Part shown: in pieces, positions 47,476 to 57,900 of the stretch
How positions within the stretch are numbered: position 1 is the stretch's first letter
Layout: each line of letters starts with the position of its first letter
Virus record (IMG/VR): IMGVR_UViG_3300025327_000020
DNA: 64,000 bases
From: an uncultured virus (IMG/VR IMGVR_UViG_3300025327_000020)
Lineage: Duplodnaviria > Heunggongvirae > Uroviricota > Caudoviricetes
Reading direction: 5' to 3' (one strand)
The notes under the pieces: model-generated
What the model was told of the DNA's origin: nothing
Databases searched by the model: none
The model's input: only the letters and a program-made list of their open reading frames with translations
Position numbers and translations under genes: made by a program

Positions 47476-47823
47476 TTGCGCGTTTCGGCTGTCAGAGGGT
47501 CGCCAGCACGCGCATGTGCGGTCAACAGATATGGGGCCGCTGTTGGGGTATGGGCAACAAAAAACGCGCCGTCTGTTGGCGCGTACAATGTGTCCCATGT
47601 CATATTGTCTCTAGGGTGTCAACATTGTGGATACAACGAGCATGCCTACGCTTTGGACTTAGACCACATTGACCCATCCACTAAGTTTGCTCCGGTCAGT
47701 GCGATGGTGGGTAGCTACACCCTCAACAGACTAAAAAAAGAGGTGGCAAAATGCACTGTCCTATGTGCAATCTGCCACCGTATTAAAACCTGGGAACCCG
47801 AACGGCTGTCCCTAGCGGTCTAG
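47476..47823 (+). CDS. HNH endonuclease (5' end doubtful)
   Basis: GCQHCGY...LDLDHIDP..K...EVAKCTVLCAICH. Confidence 0.7.
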   Translation: MRVSAVRGSPARACAVNRYGAAVGVWATKNAPSVGAYNVSHVILSLGCQHCGYNEHAYALDLDHIDPSTKFAPVSAMVGSYTLNRLKKEVAKCTVLCAICHRIKTWEPERLSLAV

Positions 47824-47860
47824 GATGCTATCTACGCGCTATCTACTCACTATGCGTTCG

Positions 47861-48211
47861 TTACTTCGCCTGGAGTAGCTTAGTAGCCACCGTTAGGGCA
47901 TTGGCGCTTACTGTCGCAGGCGAGCTAGCCGGGGCCTTGTCCGGTAGGTAGAACCGAACGCCGCCTTTTGCGGGTAGACGGACTATCTCGCCCGTGTCAG
48001 TCATGGCATCGGTCACGGCCCGAACAGCTTGGGTATCGATGCCAAACTCCGCACTAACCAGCTTGTTGAATGACAGATTGCCAGCCCACACAAGCGGGAA
48101 ATTGCAGTGTACGCCGTTGAATCCCGTTTGCTTTGCGTTGACCGCAATCAGCTTGAGGATAAACAGACGTATCGCCAGCCCCGTTGTCTTACCCTTGCCT
48201 CGTGTTGTCAT
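47861..48211 (-). CDS. Hypothetical winged-helix-like protein
   Basis: GVH...FN...F...GEIVRLPAKGGVRFYLP. Confidence 0.6.
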   Translation of the reverse strand: MTTRGKGKTTGLAIRLFILKLIAVNAKQTGFNGVHCNFPLVWAGNLSFNKLVSAEFGIDTQAVRAVTDAMTDTGEIVRLPAKGGVRFYLPDKAPASSPATVSANALTVATKLLQAK

Positions 48212-48217
48212 TGGAGT

Positions 48218-48427
48218 CTACTTCCCTTCCTTGTCACCGTAACACGGGCGACATACAAACTGCCCATCATCTGTGAGCACTACATCTCGGACAGACTGCG
48301 AACAGTCTGCGCAGTAAATGTCATGCCCATGCCTCAGCCAATCGCTCAAATAAGAGACTAGATATTCCCGCTCATCTGGCGATAGCTCAGGGTCTGCTGT
48401 ACCGATGCAATAGCTCGGTACTGTCAT
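48218..48427 (-). CDS. Small Zn-finger protein
   Basis: CADC...VCRPCY; gaagga SD. Confidence 0.55.
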   Translation of the reverse strand: MTVPSYCIGTADPELSPDEREYLVSYLSDWLRHGHDIYCADCSQSVRDVVLTDDGQFVCRPCYGDKEGK

Positions 48428-48492
48428 GGGAGTATCCTTCCCGACAACGCGCAGAAGCATTCTAAACCGCTAGTGAAAGCGGTTTGGATTGT

Positions 48493-48834
48493 GAATCAAT
48501 GCCCTAGCTTGACTGTCGGGCGAATTGTCAGTCAGGAAATCTCTTGCGGATTGCTTAGGTCACTAAGACGCCAGCCGAATGACCGCCACCTCCCAGGAGT
48601 CACCTGATAGGATGCATTGGCTTTGTTGCCGTGAAAGACGCGAACGAGCCCTATCCGTCGTTCGCCTTTGCGCGTTAGCTCCACGCAATCCTCGCTTGTA
48701 CAGGGAAAGCATGCGTCATACCTAAGCATGTCAAAGGGGAAGTATCCGCTTCCCGATACGTTGAATGTCAGGCGGTATAGCTTGGCCATCGGGAGCTCAC
48801 TCTCTGCCCGACAGTCAGGTTAGGGCATTGATTC
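48493..48834. repeat. 29-bp inverted repeat (48493..48521 / 48806..48834) bracketing one gene
   Basis: gaatcaatgccctagcttgactgtcgggc vs gcccgacagtcaggttagggcattgattc, 27/29 complementary. Confidence 0.9.
48532..48789 (-). CDS. Conserved-looking phage hypothetical protein
   Basis: FNVSGSGYFPFDMLRYDACFP...TPGRWRSFGW. Confidence 0.7.
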   Translation of the reverse strand: MAKLYRLTFNVSGSGYFPFDMLRYDACFPCTSEDCVELTRKGERRIGLVRVFHGNKANASYQVTPGRWRSFGWRLSDLSNPQEIS

Positions 48835-49283
48835 GTATTGCGGCGGCTCTGGAAGTCACGGTGGGGGACTTTTGCTGCCAGCTTGTCCGCCGTGCGCCTG
48901 ATATGTGGGCGCTATGTGAATGTACTATGATGAGGGTACTCCGTTCATTCGGCGTTTGTCAACTTGCGTCGCGTTCCTATCACAGCCCAAATGCACCCAA
49001 ATACTCCCACGTCAGATAGGGGCATCTCAGAATAGCTCATCCTCAGATACGACTTCATATACCCCCTGGGGGTATGCCCATCGTACGCCGCACGTGCACA
49101 GGCAGGCGCGAGGGATAGGATGTCCATCGGACAAGGCACGGCCCGCGAAACCAGACCCTTAACTTTCTATGGTATCAAGAATTAATAGGGGGGTAGGTAC
49201 TTAAATCGAGAGCGGGATTTTCTGCAAAGGGTGGTCAAAAGGGGGTGTTATAAATAGGCAGAAATATAAAATAGTGTGGGGGC

Positions 49284-49312
49284 TTGACAAAGGTGCGCGG
49301 ATATGTTATAAT
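49284..49312 (+). promoter_or_regulatory. sigma70-type promoter
   Basis: TTGACA-17-TATAAT, TGn. Confidence 0.85.
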
Positions 49313-49322
49313 GTAGGCAAAG

Positions 49323-49541
49323 ATGAGTAATGTTATGGAGGAGGGAAAGATGCAGTCAATGAGCGGGAGCAATTCGTCCTTTGTCTTGTGTACTTATTGT
49401 AATAGGTATCCGTGCTCTTGTTACATTAATTATAGACCTTTTGCCTGTGAGCACTGTTACTGCAGTGAATACTCCAATGACCATCTACAGTGTTGTAAGT
49501 GTTATACAACTATGCACAAGAAGTTCGTTGAGAAGATGTAA
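49323..49541 (+). CDS. Small Cys-rich protein
   Basis: CTYCNRYPCSC...CEHCYC...CCKC; downstream of a promoter. Confidence 0.55.
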   Translation: MSNVMEEGKMQSMSGSNSSFVLCTYCNRYPCSCYINYRPFACEHCYCSEYSNDHLQCCKCYTTMHKKFVEKM

Positions 49542-49562
49542 TTGATAACTTTCCCTCACATC

Positions 49563-49591
49563 TTGACAAACTCTTTCAAATGGTGTATAAT
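49563..49591 (+). promoter_or_regulatory. sigma70-type promoter for the packaging operon
   Basis: TTGACA-17-TATAAT. Confidence 0.85.
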
Positions 49592-49628
49592 AGCAAGGAA
49601 CGAGCGCAGGGGGTCTTTATAATAACAA

Positions 49629-50057
49629 ATGGCCGTAACCAAGCTTGACCCCCGAAAAGAGAAAGCAGCCCTCCTCATCGCTGAGGGATGGAAACAGGTA
49701 GACGTAGCCCGTGAGATGGGAGTTTACCCACAGACTGTCAGTCGGTGGATGAAGGAGGAGGACTTTACAGCAAGGATTGACGAACTTCGAGTAGACCTGA
49801 CAAGTCAGGCCGTCACCTTGCTACGCGAAAGCGTAGTTGAGAATACCGAGATAGTCTTGAAGATTGCGAAACAAGGCGGCGAACCAGGAGTGGTTAGCTC
49901 ACAATTAAAGGCCGCACTATGGGCAATCGACAAGGTGCTCGGCAAATCAGCAGAGGAAACCGCTACGCGTTCAACTAGAGCGGTTAAATCTGTTGAATCT
50001 ACTCTTCTAAAGCAACCAGAGGAAGAGTTGCAGGAGTTGCTTGATAGAGGGAAGTAG
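49629..50057 (+). CDS. terS: Probable terminase small subunit
   Basis: N-terminal HTH KQVDVAREMGVYPQTVSRWMKEEDF; upstream of TerL. Confidence 0.7.
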   Translation: MAVTKLDPRKEKAALLIAEGWKQVDVAREMGVYPQTVSRWMKEEDFTARIDELRVDLTSQAVTLLRESVVENTEIVLKIAKQGGEPGVVSSQLKAALWAIDKVLGKSAEETATRSTRAVKSVESTLLKQPEEELQELLDRGK

Positions 50058-51447
50058 TAAAACAGAAAAGTTAATAAAGCGAGGGGAACGTGCTAGGCAG
50101 AATTTTGCCGAGTTTTGCCGCTTTGTACTTGGATTCAACCCCGCAGCGCACCAAAAACAGTGGATTGAAGAACTACAAAAGATAGGAGATGACCCAAATG
50201 GGCGGAAACTTATCATCATCGCTCCCCCTGGTAGTGGAAAGACCCAGCTTGTCGGTGTGGGATTTACTGCATGGATGCTTGGTAGGCTACCGGACAGACA
50301 TTACGGACTTCTCTCCTACGCGGACTCCGTTGGCTGGAGTCGTAGTTACGCCATTAGGAATCTCATCGAGTCTAGTCTCCCCTATCGCATTACCTTCCCA
50401 GAAGTCCGACCTGACAAGCGAAGATGGGGCACCAGTGAGTTCCAAGTCTCTAGAACAGACCTCGCTGACCCACACCCAACTCTTAGGGCTGGTGGCACTA
50501 CTTCGGCAGTCGTGGCATATAGACTCAATGGATTGGTCATTGACGACCCCCACGACCAAAAGAACTCAGGAACCAAGGCAAACCTAGACAAAGTTTGGGA
50601 AAACTACGACAACGCAATCTCCACGCGCCTCACCTCAGACGCTTGGGAAGTAGTAATTGGCACTAGGTGGAGTGATGCCGACTTTATCGGTCGGAAATTG
50701 AGCCAAAAGGGAGTAAAAGTCTTGCACACTGCCGCACTTTTGCGCGGTGACAAGTCATATTGGGAGGAGGCTTATCCCGCTGAGTTCCTGATTAACAAGC
50801 GTTACCAATCTCCGGCCATGTTTGCCATGCAATATATGGGTGATACCAAGGGTGGAGAGGCCCAAATCATCCGTAAACTGCACACTTGGGACAGCTACAG
50901 TCGTCCTCCGAAGTATATAAGGGATGAGCTTGACCTACTTGTGGCCTCTTCGTGGGATACAGCGTTCAAAGAGAAGGAACAAAACGATTTCACAGTTGGG
51001 TATATTGGGGGGATGGACAAGCACGGACGTATTTACATCCTTGACCGCATCAAAGGACGCTGGGGACTTCCTGGTTTGCTCGACCAAATCGCTGAATCTG
51101 CCCAAAAATGGAACGAATTTGCCATTTGGGTCGAAGATGCGGCCTCTGGAACTCCCGCTGTACAGACTTTGATGGCCCACTCGATGCTTCCAGTCCAAGC
51201 AATGCCCTACAAAGGTGGGAAAATGACCCGCGCCCACGCAATTGCACCGTTTTTGCACGGTGGACACGTACTTTTCCCTTCTGGAGAGGAGTGGTTCCCT
51301 GATTGTGAGTACCAATTGACTCATTACCCGAACACAGGGCACGATGACGACTTGGACGCACTTTTTTTACTCATTGACAACCTTACCAAAATGAGGCATC
51401 CTTCAACAATCCTCAATCGACCAAGGATAATTATGGAGATGCGGTGA
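50041..51447 (+). CDS. terL: Terminase large subunit
   Basis: APPGSGKT, LVIDDP, IGTRW, SWDTAFK, VEDAASG, HDDDLDA. Confidence 0.95.
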   Translation: MIEGSSKTEKLIKRGERARQNFAEFCRFVLGFNPAAHQKQWIEELQKIGDDPNGRKLIIIAPPGSGKTQLVGVGFTAWMLGRLPDRHYGLLSYADSVGWSRSYAIRNLIESSLPYRITFPEVRPDKRRWGTSEFQVSRTDLADPHPTLRAGGTTSAVVAYRLNGLVIDDPHDQKNSGTKANLDKVWENYDNAISTRLTSDAWEVVIGTRWSDADFIGRKLSQKGVKVLHTAALLRGDKSYWEEAYPAEFLINKRYQSPAMFAMQYMGDTKGGEAQIIRKLHTWDSYSRPPKYIRDELDLLVASSWDTAFKEKEQNDFTVGYIGGMDKHGRIYILDRIKGRWGLPGLLDQIAESAQKWNEFAIWVEDAASGTPAVQTLMAHSMLPVQAMPYKGGKMTRAHAIAPFLHGGHVLFPSGEEWFPDCEYQLTHYPNTGHDDDLDALFLLIDNLTKMRHPSTILNRPRIIMEMR

Positions 51448-51450
51448 GCT

Positions 51451-51810
51451 ATGTCTATAAAACCTAAGAACTGTATGTCTAGTCGTGTTCTATCTATGAC
51501 AGAGGTCGAAAGAGCCTGGATAGGAGCCTTGATAGAGGGAGAGGGACATGCTAGTTACAGAACCAATGGCCAAACTCCTGTTCTCTACCCCTACGTTGGT
51601 GTTTCTAACACCGACCCAGAAGTGATATCAGTTCTTCTACGGAAAGTAGGTGCTGGTTCCATATCAGCGATATGGCCCAAAGGGTTAGGGAATAAGCTTA
51701 TATTTCATTGGAATTTGCGGCGTAGAGCAGAAGTTCTAGATATCGTAGAGCAGTGTAAAGATTACAGTATGAAGCTACAGAAACTTGCTTCATGGTTAGG
51801 AGGGCAGTAG
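51451..51810 (+). CDS. Single-motif LAGLIDADG homing endonuclease
   Basis: ERAWIGALIEGEG, VGVSNTD, GAGSI, FHW. Confidence 0.8.
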   Translation: MSIKPKNCMSSRVLSMTEVERAWIGALIEGEGHASYRTNGQTPVLYPYVGVSNTDPEVISVLLRKVGAGSISAIWPKGLGNKLIFHWNLRRRAEVLDIVEQCKDYSMKLQKLASWLGGQ

Positions 51811-51812
51811 TC

Positions 51813-51971
51813 ATAGCTTTCTATACGTACAAGTGTGACCGCGACGGCACGGAATGGGATGAAATTAGACTAATGCAGCACCGCGATGTCCCTGTTGGGT
51901 GCCCCACTTGCAGCAAAGAGGACAAAGTGCACCGTGTACTGACCACTCCGGCGCTGATAAAGGTCAACTAA
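51813..51971 (+). CDS. FmdB-like zinc-ribbon protein, apparent ATA start (not in ORF track)
   Basis: xAFYTYKCDRDG..WD...GCPTC...VHRVL; ggaggg SD 8 nt upstream. Confidence 0.6.
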   Translation: MAFYTYKCDRDGTEWDEIRLMQHRDVPVGCPTCSKEDKVHRVLTTPALIKVN

Positions 51972-53839
51972 TGACTATGAACCTACCAAAGCCCACGGCT
52001 GAGACCGTGCAAGAGCTTCACGACAAACTTATCACAGATTGGTCGCCCACTATCGCGGAAAATGAGGTTATTCGTGACCTTGTACACCGCCGAAACAAGA
52101 TTGAAGTCTTGGAGGATGACCCTGACCGCAATATCCAGCCCTTCGAGGTACATTCAGGACGCGCTGGGGGTATCATAGAGCATGCCGCCGGTCTTGTCAT
52201 GGCAATGCCATCGTGGTCTATGGAACCACTGACTCCAAAGACAGACGACAAGGCATTGGCTGAAGCAACCGAGCTTGTTGCTGCCAAGGTGTTTGAGCAG
52301 CAGCTTCTACGTACTGATTTTTGGCCGAGTATAGCCAAAGATGTACTAATCTATGGTCGTGCCTTCCTCAAGGCACTTCCACTCCCCTCAGTCTGGACAG
52401 CCCAAGCTGGCTATCCAGTCAGAAAGGCTCGGCAATCCCCAGAGGATTACCTAGAGGTTATTAAGAAGTGGAAGTCGTCTGAGGCCAAGTTCCCCTTCGT
52501 CATGCAACACATACCAACCATGAGTATTCTGCCTCTTCTCGATGCAGAGGACAACACAATCGCCACTATTGAAGAGAAGAGGGTTGTCGCGGGTATCCTT
52601 GCCGACAAGAATGGAATGAACTCTTCTGATATTAAGGGTCTCATGGCCTCTGGTGCTCTTAAATGGTTTGATGAAGTAAGTGTTGTTGAGTACACGGACT
52701 ACAATTATGTACAGTATTACCTAGTCAATACCTCTCCTGAGCAGGCACACGTTCAACTCCCCATCACCGCAACCCCAAAGGGTGACTACAAACTACTCAA
52801 ATCGTGGCAGCATGGTCTAGGTAAATGTCCCGTTGTCATGTTCCCAGGGATTAAAACGGAGATGCGGGATTACACAGATAGGTACAAAAGCTTTTTGGCC
52901 GACGCTCACGAGGCTTTAGAGGTTTACGACCTACTCATCTCTCGTCTGGCAACTATGGTAGGAGCCTATTACCTACCCTCATATGAACTGAAGCTGCCTG
53001 AGTCTGGAGTAGCGCAGGGTGGAAAGACTCGCCCCAAGTTCCAAGTCAGGCTTGGGGGCGTTACAGCAACCTACTCAGACGAACTATTGCAAATGCTTCC
53101 ATACCCACAGGGTCTCTTCGATGCTGAAAAGCTTATCACAGAGGTAGATGACCTTATTCAGCGCCATACCCTTGAGGATGTACTGTTCGGGCGTGTTCAG
53201 GGTTCGGCACCCGCGTTCCAAGTCAACCTACGAATCAACGTCGCACGTTCCAAATTGACTCCCATCTCCCAGCACATGGCCCAAGGCATCACAAATGTTA
53301 TGGACTTGTTCTTCCGTGGAGTTGAACAGCTTGGTGAGAGTATTGTTGTAGACGGACATGAATGTACTGTGGCAATGGCTAAGGCTGCCCGTGGGCGCAT
53401 GAACGCAAGTATTGAACCCAAGGGGCCGGTTGACCGTGCTCAGGACATTGGCACGGCCAATATGTTCCTCCAGTTCGGGATGCCGTGGGATTGGATTGTT
53501 GAGAATATCCTTGACGTGGAGAACCCAGCCATGCTGCGGATGGAGAAGCTAGTTGGTGAACTAGAGAAGCTGCCCCCTGTACAGGCCAAGATGATGCAAG
53601 AGGTGTTAGACGAATTCGACCTTCTTGAGAATGTTAATGAGTTTACAGACATGAGCGCTCTACAAAGTGCTCTACCACCTGAACTCCAAGACATGCTTGG
53701 CGGAATGATGGGCTTGGGCAATGGGCCATTCCCCACAGGCGGCGCTCCTCAATCAATACAGGGCGGGAGAGGGCTAACGACACAGAAGGAGCAACCAATG
53801 CCAGGGACTCCCCAAATAGGAACAGGACTGGTGCAGTAA
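51971..53839 (+). CDS. Portal protein
   Basis: DVLIYGRAFLK, WQHGLGKCPVV; position after TerL; start reassigned to the taATG overlap. Confidence 0.8.
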   Translation: MTMNLPKPTAETVQELHDKLITDWSPTIAENEVIRDLVHRRNKIEVLEDDPDRNIQPFEVHSGRAGGIIEHAAGLVMAMPSWSMEPLTPKTDDKALAEATELVAAKVFEQQLLRTDFWPSIAKDVLIYGRAFLKALPLPSVWTAQAGYPVRKARQSPEDYLEVIKKWKSSEAKFPFVMQHIPTMSILPLLDAEDNTIATIEEKRVVAGILADKNGMNSSDIKGLMASGALKWFDEVSVVEYTDYNYVQYYLVNTSPEQAHVQLPITATPKGDYKLLKSWQHGLGKCPVVMFPGIKTEMRDYTDRYKSFLADAHEALEVYDLLISRLATMVGAYYLPSYELKLPESGVAQGGKTRPKFQVRLGGVTATYSDELLQMLPYPQGLFDAEKLITEVDDLIQRHTLEDVLFGRVQGSAPAFQVNLRINVARSKLTPISQHMAQGITNVMDLFFRGVEQLGESIVVDGHECTVAMAKAARGRMNASIEPKGPVDRAQDIGTANMFLQFGMPWDWIVENILDVENPAMLRMEKLVGELEKLPPVQAKMMQEVLDEFDLLENVNEFTDMSALQSALPPELQDMLGGMMGLGNGPFPTGGAPQSIQGGRGLTTQKEQPMPGTPQIGTGLVQ

Positions 53840-54129
53840 TGGACAAAGTAACAATGCTAGAAGAAGCCCCCAAGTTGGCTGCTGAACGTATCTACAAGCA
53901 GAAACAGGAGTTGCGGAAGGCAATGGGGGTCAAACCCTTTGGTGGTGAGGATATGACCGAGGATGAGGCATTCAATGAATACCTGGCCCTTCGTATAAAC
54001 CCAGCAGCCTTTCAGAAGATGCTCCAAGATAACATGAAGATGGGCAGGGATGGTCGTTCGCTCATCAGGAAAGAAGTAGTTGAGGCTATCATAAAGATGG
54101 AGACAAAGATAAAGGAAGGACAGAGATAA
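53839..54129 (+). CDS. Hypothetical virion-operon protein
   Basis: KPFGGEDMTEDE resembles YGSVPLSPDEQ of 17752..18057; same position. Confidence 0.6.
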   Translation: MDKVTMLEEAPKLAAERIYKQKQELRKAMGVKPFGGEDMTEDEAFNEYLALRINPAAFQKMLQDNMKMGRDGRSLIRKEVVEAIIKMETKIKEGQR

Positions 54130-54920
54130 TGGTATTAACTCCTGACCTATTTCTGGCCCAACAGGGTCTTGATATATGGGGAAAGCCTAAGACTGGAACA
54201 ACAACACCTACTGGTGGTATTCCGCCAGAGTTGATGGCGTTATTTCAGTCATTCCTACAGGGGCAAGCGAGTGGTGGAGGCGGTGGAGGCGCTGCCCCAA
54301 CTCCTTACACTCAAACTCAAGCAGGAGCACAATTTGCTGCAGGAGAACAGCTAAAGCAAATCCAGCTACAGGGAGCCGAACAGCTAAAGCAAATCCAGCT
54401 TCAGCAGAAACTCCAGTTCGACGCCGATTATGCCCTCGCTCAACTACAAGGTGCAAATGCTAAAGAACTTGAGCAGATGAGACAGGCATTTGCGGAGAAG
54501 CAGAAGTTGCAGGAGTTGGAATTTGGGCGACAACAGATGTTTGCTCAAATGCTAGGTACTGACCCTGTGCGTGCAGTCCTTCTTGCAACGGGCATGGGAG
54601 GACAAGCTCTAGGTGGAGTTGGTGGTGAGTTCAAGGCCCTACCAGCTATGCAGGGTGCTCAACAGTTTGAGCAGAGTACAGAGCAGGCATTGAGGGGGAT
54701 AACAGGCGGAAATATTGACATTACGGGACAGGGTGTCCTAGGACTGCCCAGTGTTTACCAGACTGCTCGACAAGCCCAGCAGGGCGGAGATGCAGTGACC
54801 ACACTCCTTCGTTCAGCTTTCGGGGTAGGCAACGAGGCACTAGGTGGTGGAGTTAGTGCTGAAGAGTTTGGCAAGAGAATACAGTCCGTCACTCCGACAG
54901 GTGTGTTTGGTGGTCGTTAG
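54129..54920 (+). CDS. Probable internal virion (ejection) protein
   Basis: Gln/Gly-rich; EQLKQIQLQ duplicated (54345..54367, 54378..54400). Confidence 0.55.
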   Translation: MVLTPDLFLAQQGLDIWGKPKTGTTTPTGGIPPELMALFQSFLQGQASGGGGGGAAPTPYTQTQAGAQFAAGEQLKQIQLQGAEQLKQIQLQQKLQFDADYALAQLQGANAKELEQMRQAFAEKQKLQELEFGRQQMFAQMLGTDPVRAVLLATGMGGQALGGVGGEFKALPAMQGAQQFEQSTEQALRGITGGNIDITGQGVLGLPSVYQTARQAQQGGDAVTTLLRSAFGVGNEALGGGVSAEEFGKRIQSVTPTGVFGGR

Positions 54921-54928
54921 ACAATTTC

Positions 54929-54964
54929 GGGGGCCGTCGAGCTTTCTCTCCGGCTCCGGCCCCC
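54929..54964 (+). promoter_or_regulatory. GC-rich intergenic hairpin
   Basis: gggggccg / cggccccc stem, no U-tract. Confidence 0.5.
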
Positions 54965-54974
54965 ACTTCCCATA

Positions 54975-57900
54975 ATGTTACCTGGTTTCGCATCCAAGAA
55001 GAAACGAGCAAAGCAGCTTCAGACTGAGGCTGCCATGCGTACATTTAGGCAGGTTGAGCAACAGACTCAGCCCCGCCGTCTTGTTCCCTTTTCCACCCGC
55101 ACTGCTGCTGGAACTCCCTTTGACCTTTCATTTCAGCGAGAAGACCCTGACTATGCCCGTGAGGGGATAGAGAGACTCAAGAAACTGCGGGAACACGCTA
55201 CACTATCAGTACAAGGAAAAGTACCACCAGACCTAGAGACTCCTGAACAACGCACTCAGCACTTTATCCTCAACTATGCGGGCATCCGTGCCCGACAGGG
55301 ATTGGACTTTGATAGTGCTATTGATGAGGCAGTACAAAACGCTGTAGCCCACGGTATACCTGAAAAGTATGCTAGGGATGAAGCTGAAAGGAATAGAGGA
55401 TTCTGGAGTAAGCTTGGCGGTGCTCTTCTCAAAGAGGGAGACTTCATTGCCGATGTAGCAATTAGGGACACTGTGCACGATATTGAGAGTGCTTTCAATA
55501 GGACTCGTCGCTTCAAGGGTGTCCTACCACTCCTAAAAGGTGAGGAGCCCTTTATGACAGAGAGGGAGGCTGAGGAGCACTTTGGCCCTTCTCTGGATAT
55601 AAGCAGAGAATTGCAGGCTCGCCTTGATGCTGCTGATGAGGCTAAAGTTCTTTCTCGCCCAGTGGTTCTAGGAGCACAAGAGGCGTTAGCCCGAACTCTG
55701 GAGGGACGAGGGGGTAGGGAGAATGTCTTATCACGCGCAGTACGAAGCCGTGCAGTCACAGAAGTTGGGGCTGAGTTACTTAATCCGATTTATCTTGTAT
55801 CCGCTTTGCCTTTCCTAAGTCTACGACCAGGAGTTTCCGGTGCTAGAGCAACAGCGGATGTAATATCACAACTTGTTGCTACTGGATTAGAGCCTGGTGC
55901 AGCCGTTGGCTTCTACAAAGGTTTCCGCGCTATTGGCAAAGGCACTCTTCGGGCAACGCTTCGTGGTCTTGCTAAGGGCACTGTTCAAACCCTTGAGAAA
56001 GAACGAGGCACGCGACTAGCTGCGGGAATCTTAGGGGAAGCTGACCCGAAAGCACAGGGATTGGCCTTCTCTCGATGGGTTATGAACGAGGATGACCCGT
56101 ATGAGGCTGGAGTCAAGTGGGCCAGAGCCACCAACTCAGGCGTGGAAACTGCCGTTACCAATGTCGAAGACCTTGCTGCGCGTCAACGCACTCTGACAGA
56201 CCTTATTCAAGAGAAGGAAATCAACCCCCTCACTGGCCGTCCTACTCAGGAACCTCCTACTATTAAGTCTCCCATGAGAGTACAGATTGAGGACGAGATA
56301 AAGGCAGGTAAAACTGCCGAGGAGCTTCTGGACGAAACGACAGCACGTATTGCTGAGAGTCCTAGGCTTGCTGGTGAAGAGGTCGGAGATGTCTCTGATT
56401 CACTTTCTAAAGCTGGAATTCCTGAAGATGTAGCTAGGCTTCTCACTGACCCTGAGAATCTTTATCCCAAGGGAACACAAGTCTCAATCACTAAAGGCCC
56501 ACTTAGTGGACAAACTGGTAAAATCACTAGCTACACCAAGGTCACAAACTCTTACAAGATTCGAGTAGGTAAGAAGACAACTGACCTTCAGGCTAAGTTC
56601 TTCGATGCTATTGAGGATATAGAACAACAAGCTGGTAAGATTACCTCTGAGGTGGACGATATTGGTGTTCACACTAACATCAGTTCTATCCTTGATGAAT
56701 CTGACAATGCTGCCCGTGCCCAACGCTCTGCCGACCTAGGTGCCGACGAAGTTACAGGAGAGCCTGTCCGCCCATCGTCTGACCCCGCGATTCCTCATCC
56801 TGACAAGATTCCCGATAAGGTGATGACTAAAGAGGCGCGGGAAGCGATGTACCGTGTCATTGATAAGATACGCCGCACTCAATCGTGGACAGCCGTTGTC
56901 CAGAGCGCGATGGAACACGAGATGCGGGCGCTAGATGTAGATTTGGAAACAGGACTAATCCGAACTGCCACCCCAAAGGATGGAGTATCTAGCACACACT
57001 GGGCCGAAGTCTTGTCTGACCCCGACAAGTATGATTTTGTTGGGGCTGAGGCTTCGGACATTGAAAAAGCTATACGGAGCTACAACCTATTCACCTTTCA
57101 ATCCGTCGAGGACGGAGTAAGGGCTGGTATATTTGATGATGCCTTCTTAAATTTCATCAAACCTGATGGCAAGCGATACGTCCACCGCGTGGCTATCTCT
57201 ATCGAACAGGATGGGGAAGTCATCGAGCTTCGCCGTTCCTCTCGTCATGGCCCTCTTGGGCAGAAACAGTCTCACCAAATGCCTCGCACAAGGGAGACTA
57301 TCGACGAGGCAGGGAGACCGGAAGTTGTCTATCTAAATAATCCATCTGCGGCCCTAGCAGAATTCATTGAAGAGGTAAACTATCGAATAGCTGTCAAGGA
57401 ACTAGCCAACGACCTAGAGAAGTACGCGGTCACTCCCCACGCACAGCAAGCAACCCGTGTGGCTTATGATGAGGCACGAGAGAAGGCACAGAGTCTCTCC
57501 ACACAGTTAGAGGACTTGACCCGAACTCGTCTGGTTATGCTTGATGAGGAACGTTTAGCTGAGGCAGCGGGTGAGGTAAAGAATGCTGAACGTCTGCGAA
57601 GCAATCTTACAGCTATTGAACTAGACCTTGACCAAACCAACAAGGAGCTAAAGACTGCCCGCTCTCAGGCCAAGCGACTGCAAAAGACAGTTGCTTACGA
57701 GAAAAAGACTTTCCGTTCTATCAACATAGAGCTACAAGGAATCCGTGAGCCGTTTGCTGGAGGCAAGCTCTACCCTAAGTCTGTAGCAGATACAGTTGAA
57801 CGAACTCTCCGCCTAAACCACCGTGGTATTGTCTATGGCACAGCTGTCAAGGGCCTTGAGCTTCTGCGGGAAGTCAACAAAGTATTCAAGCCTGTCTGGG

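Noticed and set aside
47407..47598. Minus-strand basic ORF as an inverted N-terminus of the HNH gene
   Set aside because: No inverted repeats or recombinase at the borders; too speculative
48461..48488. Hammerhead ribozyme suggested by the tagtgaaa loop
   Set aside because: No CUGANGA core or three-stem junction
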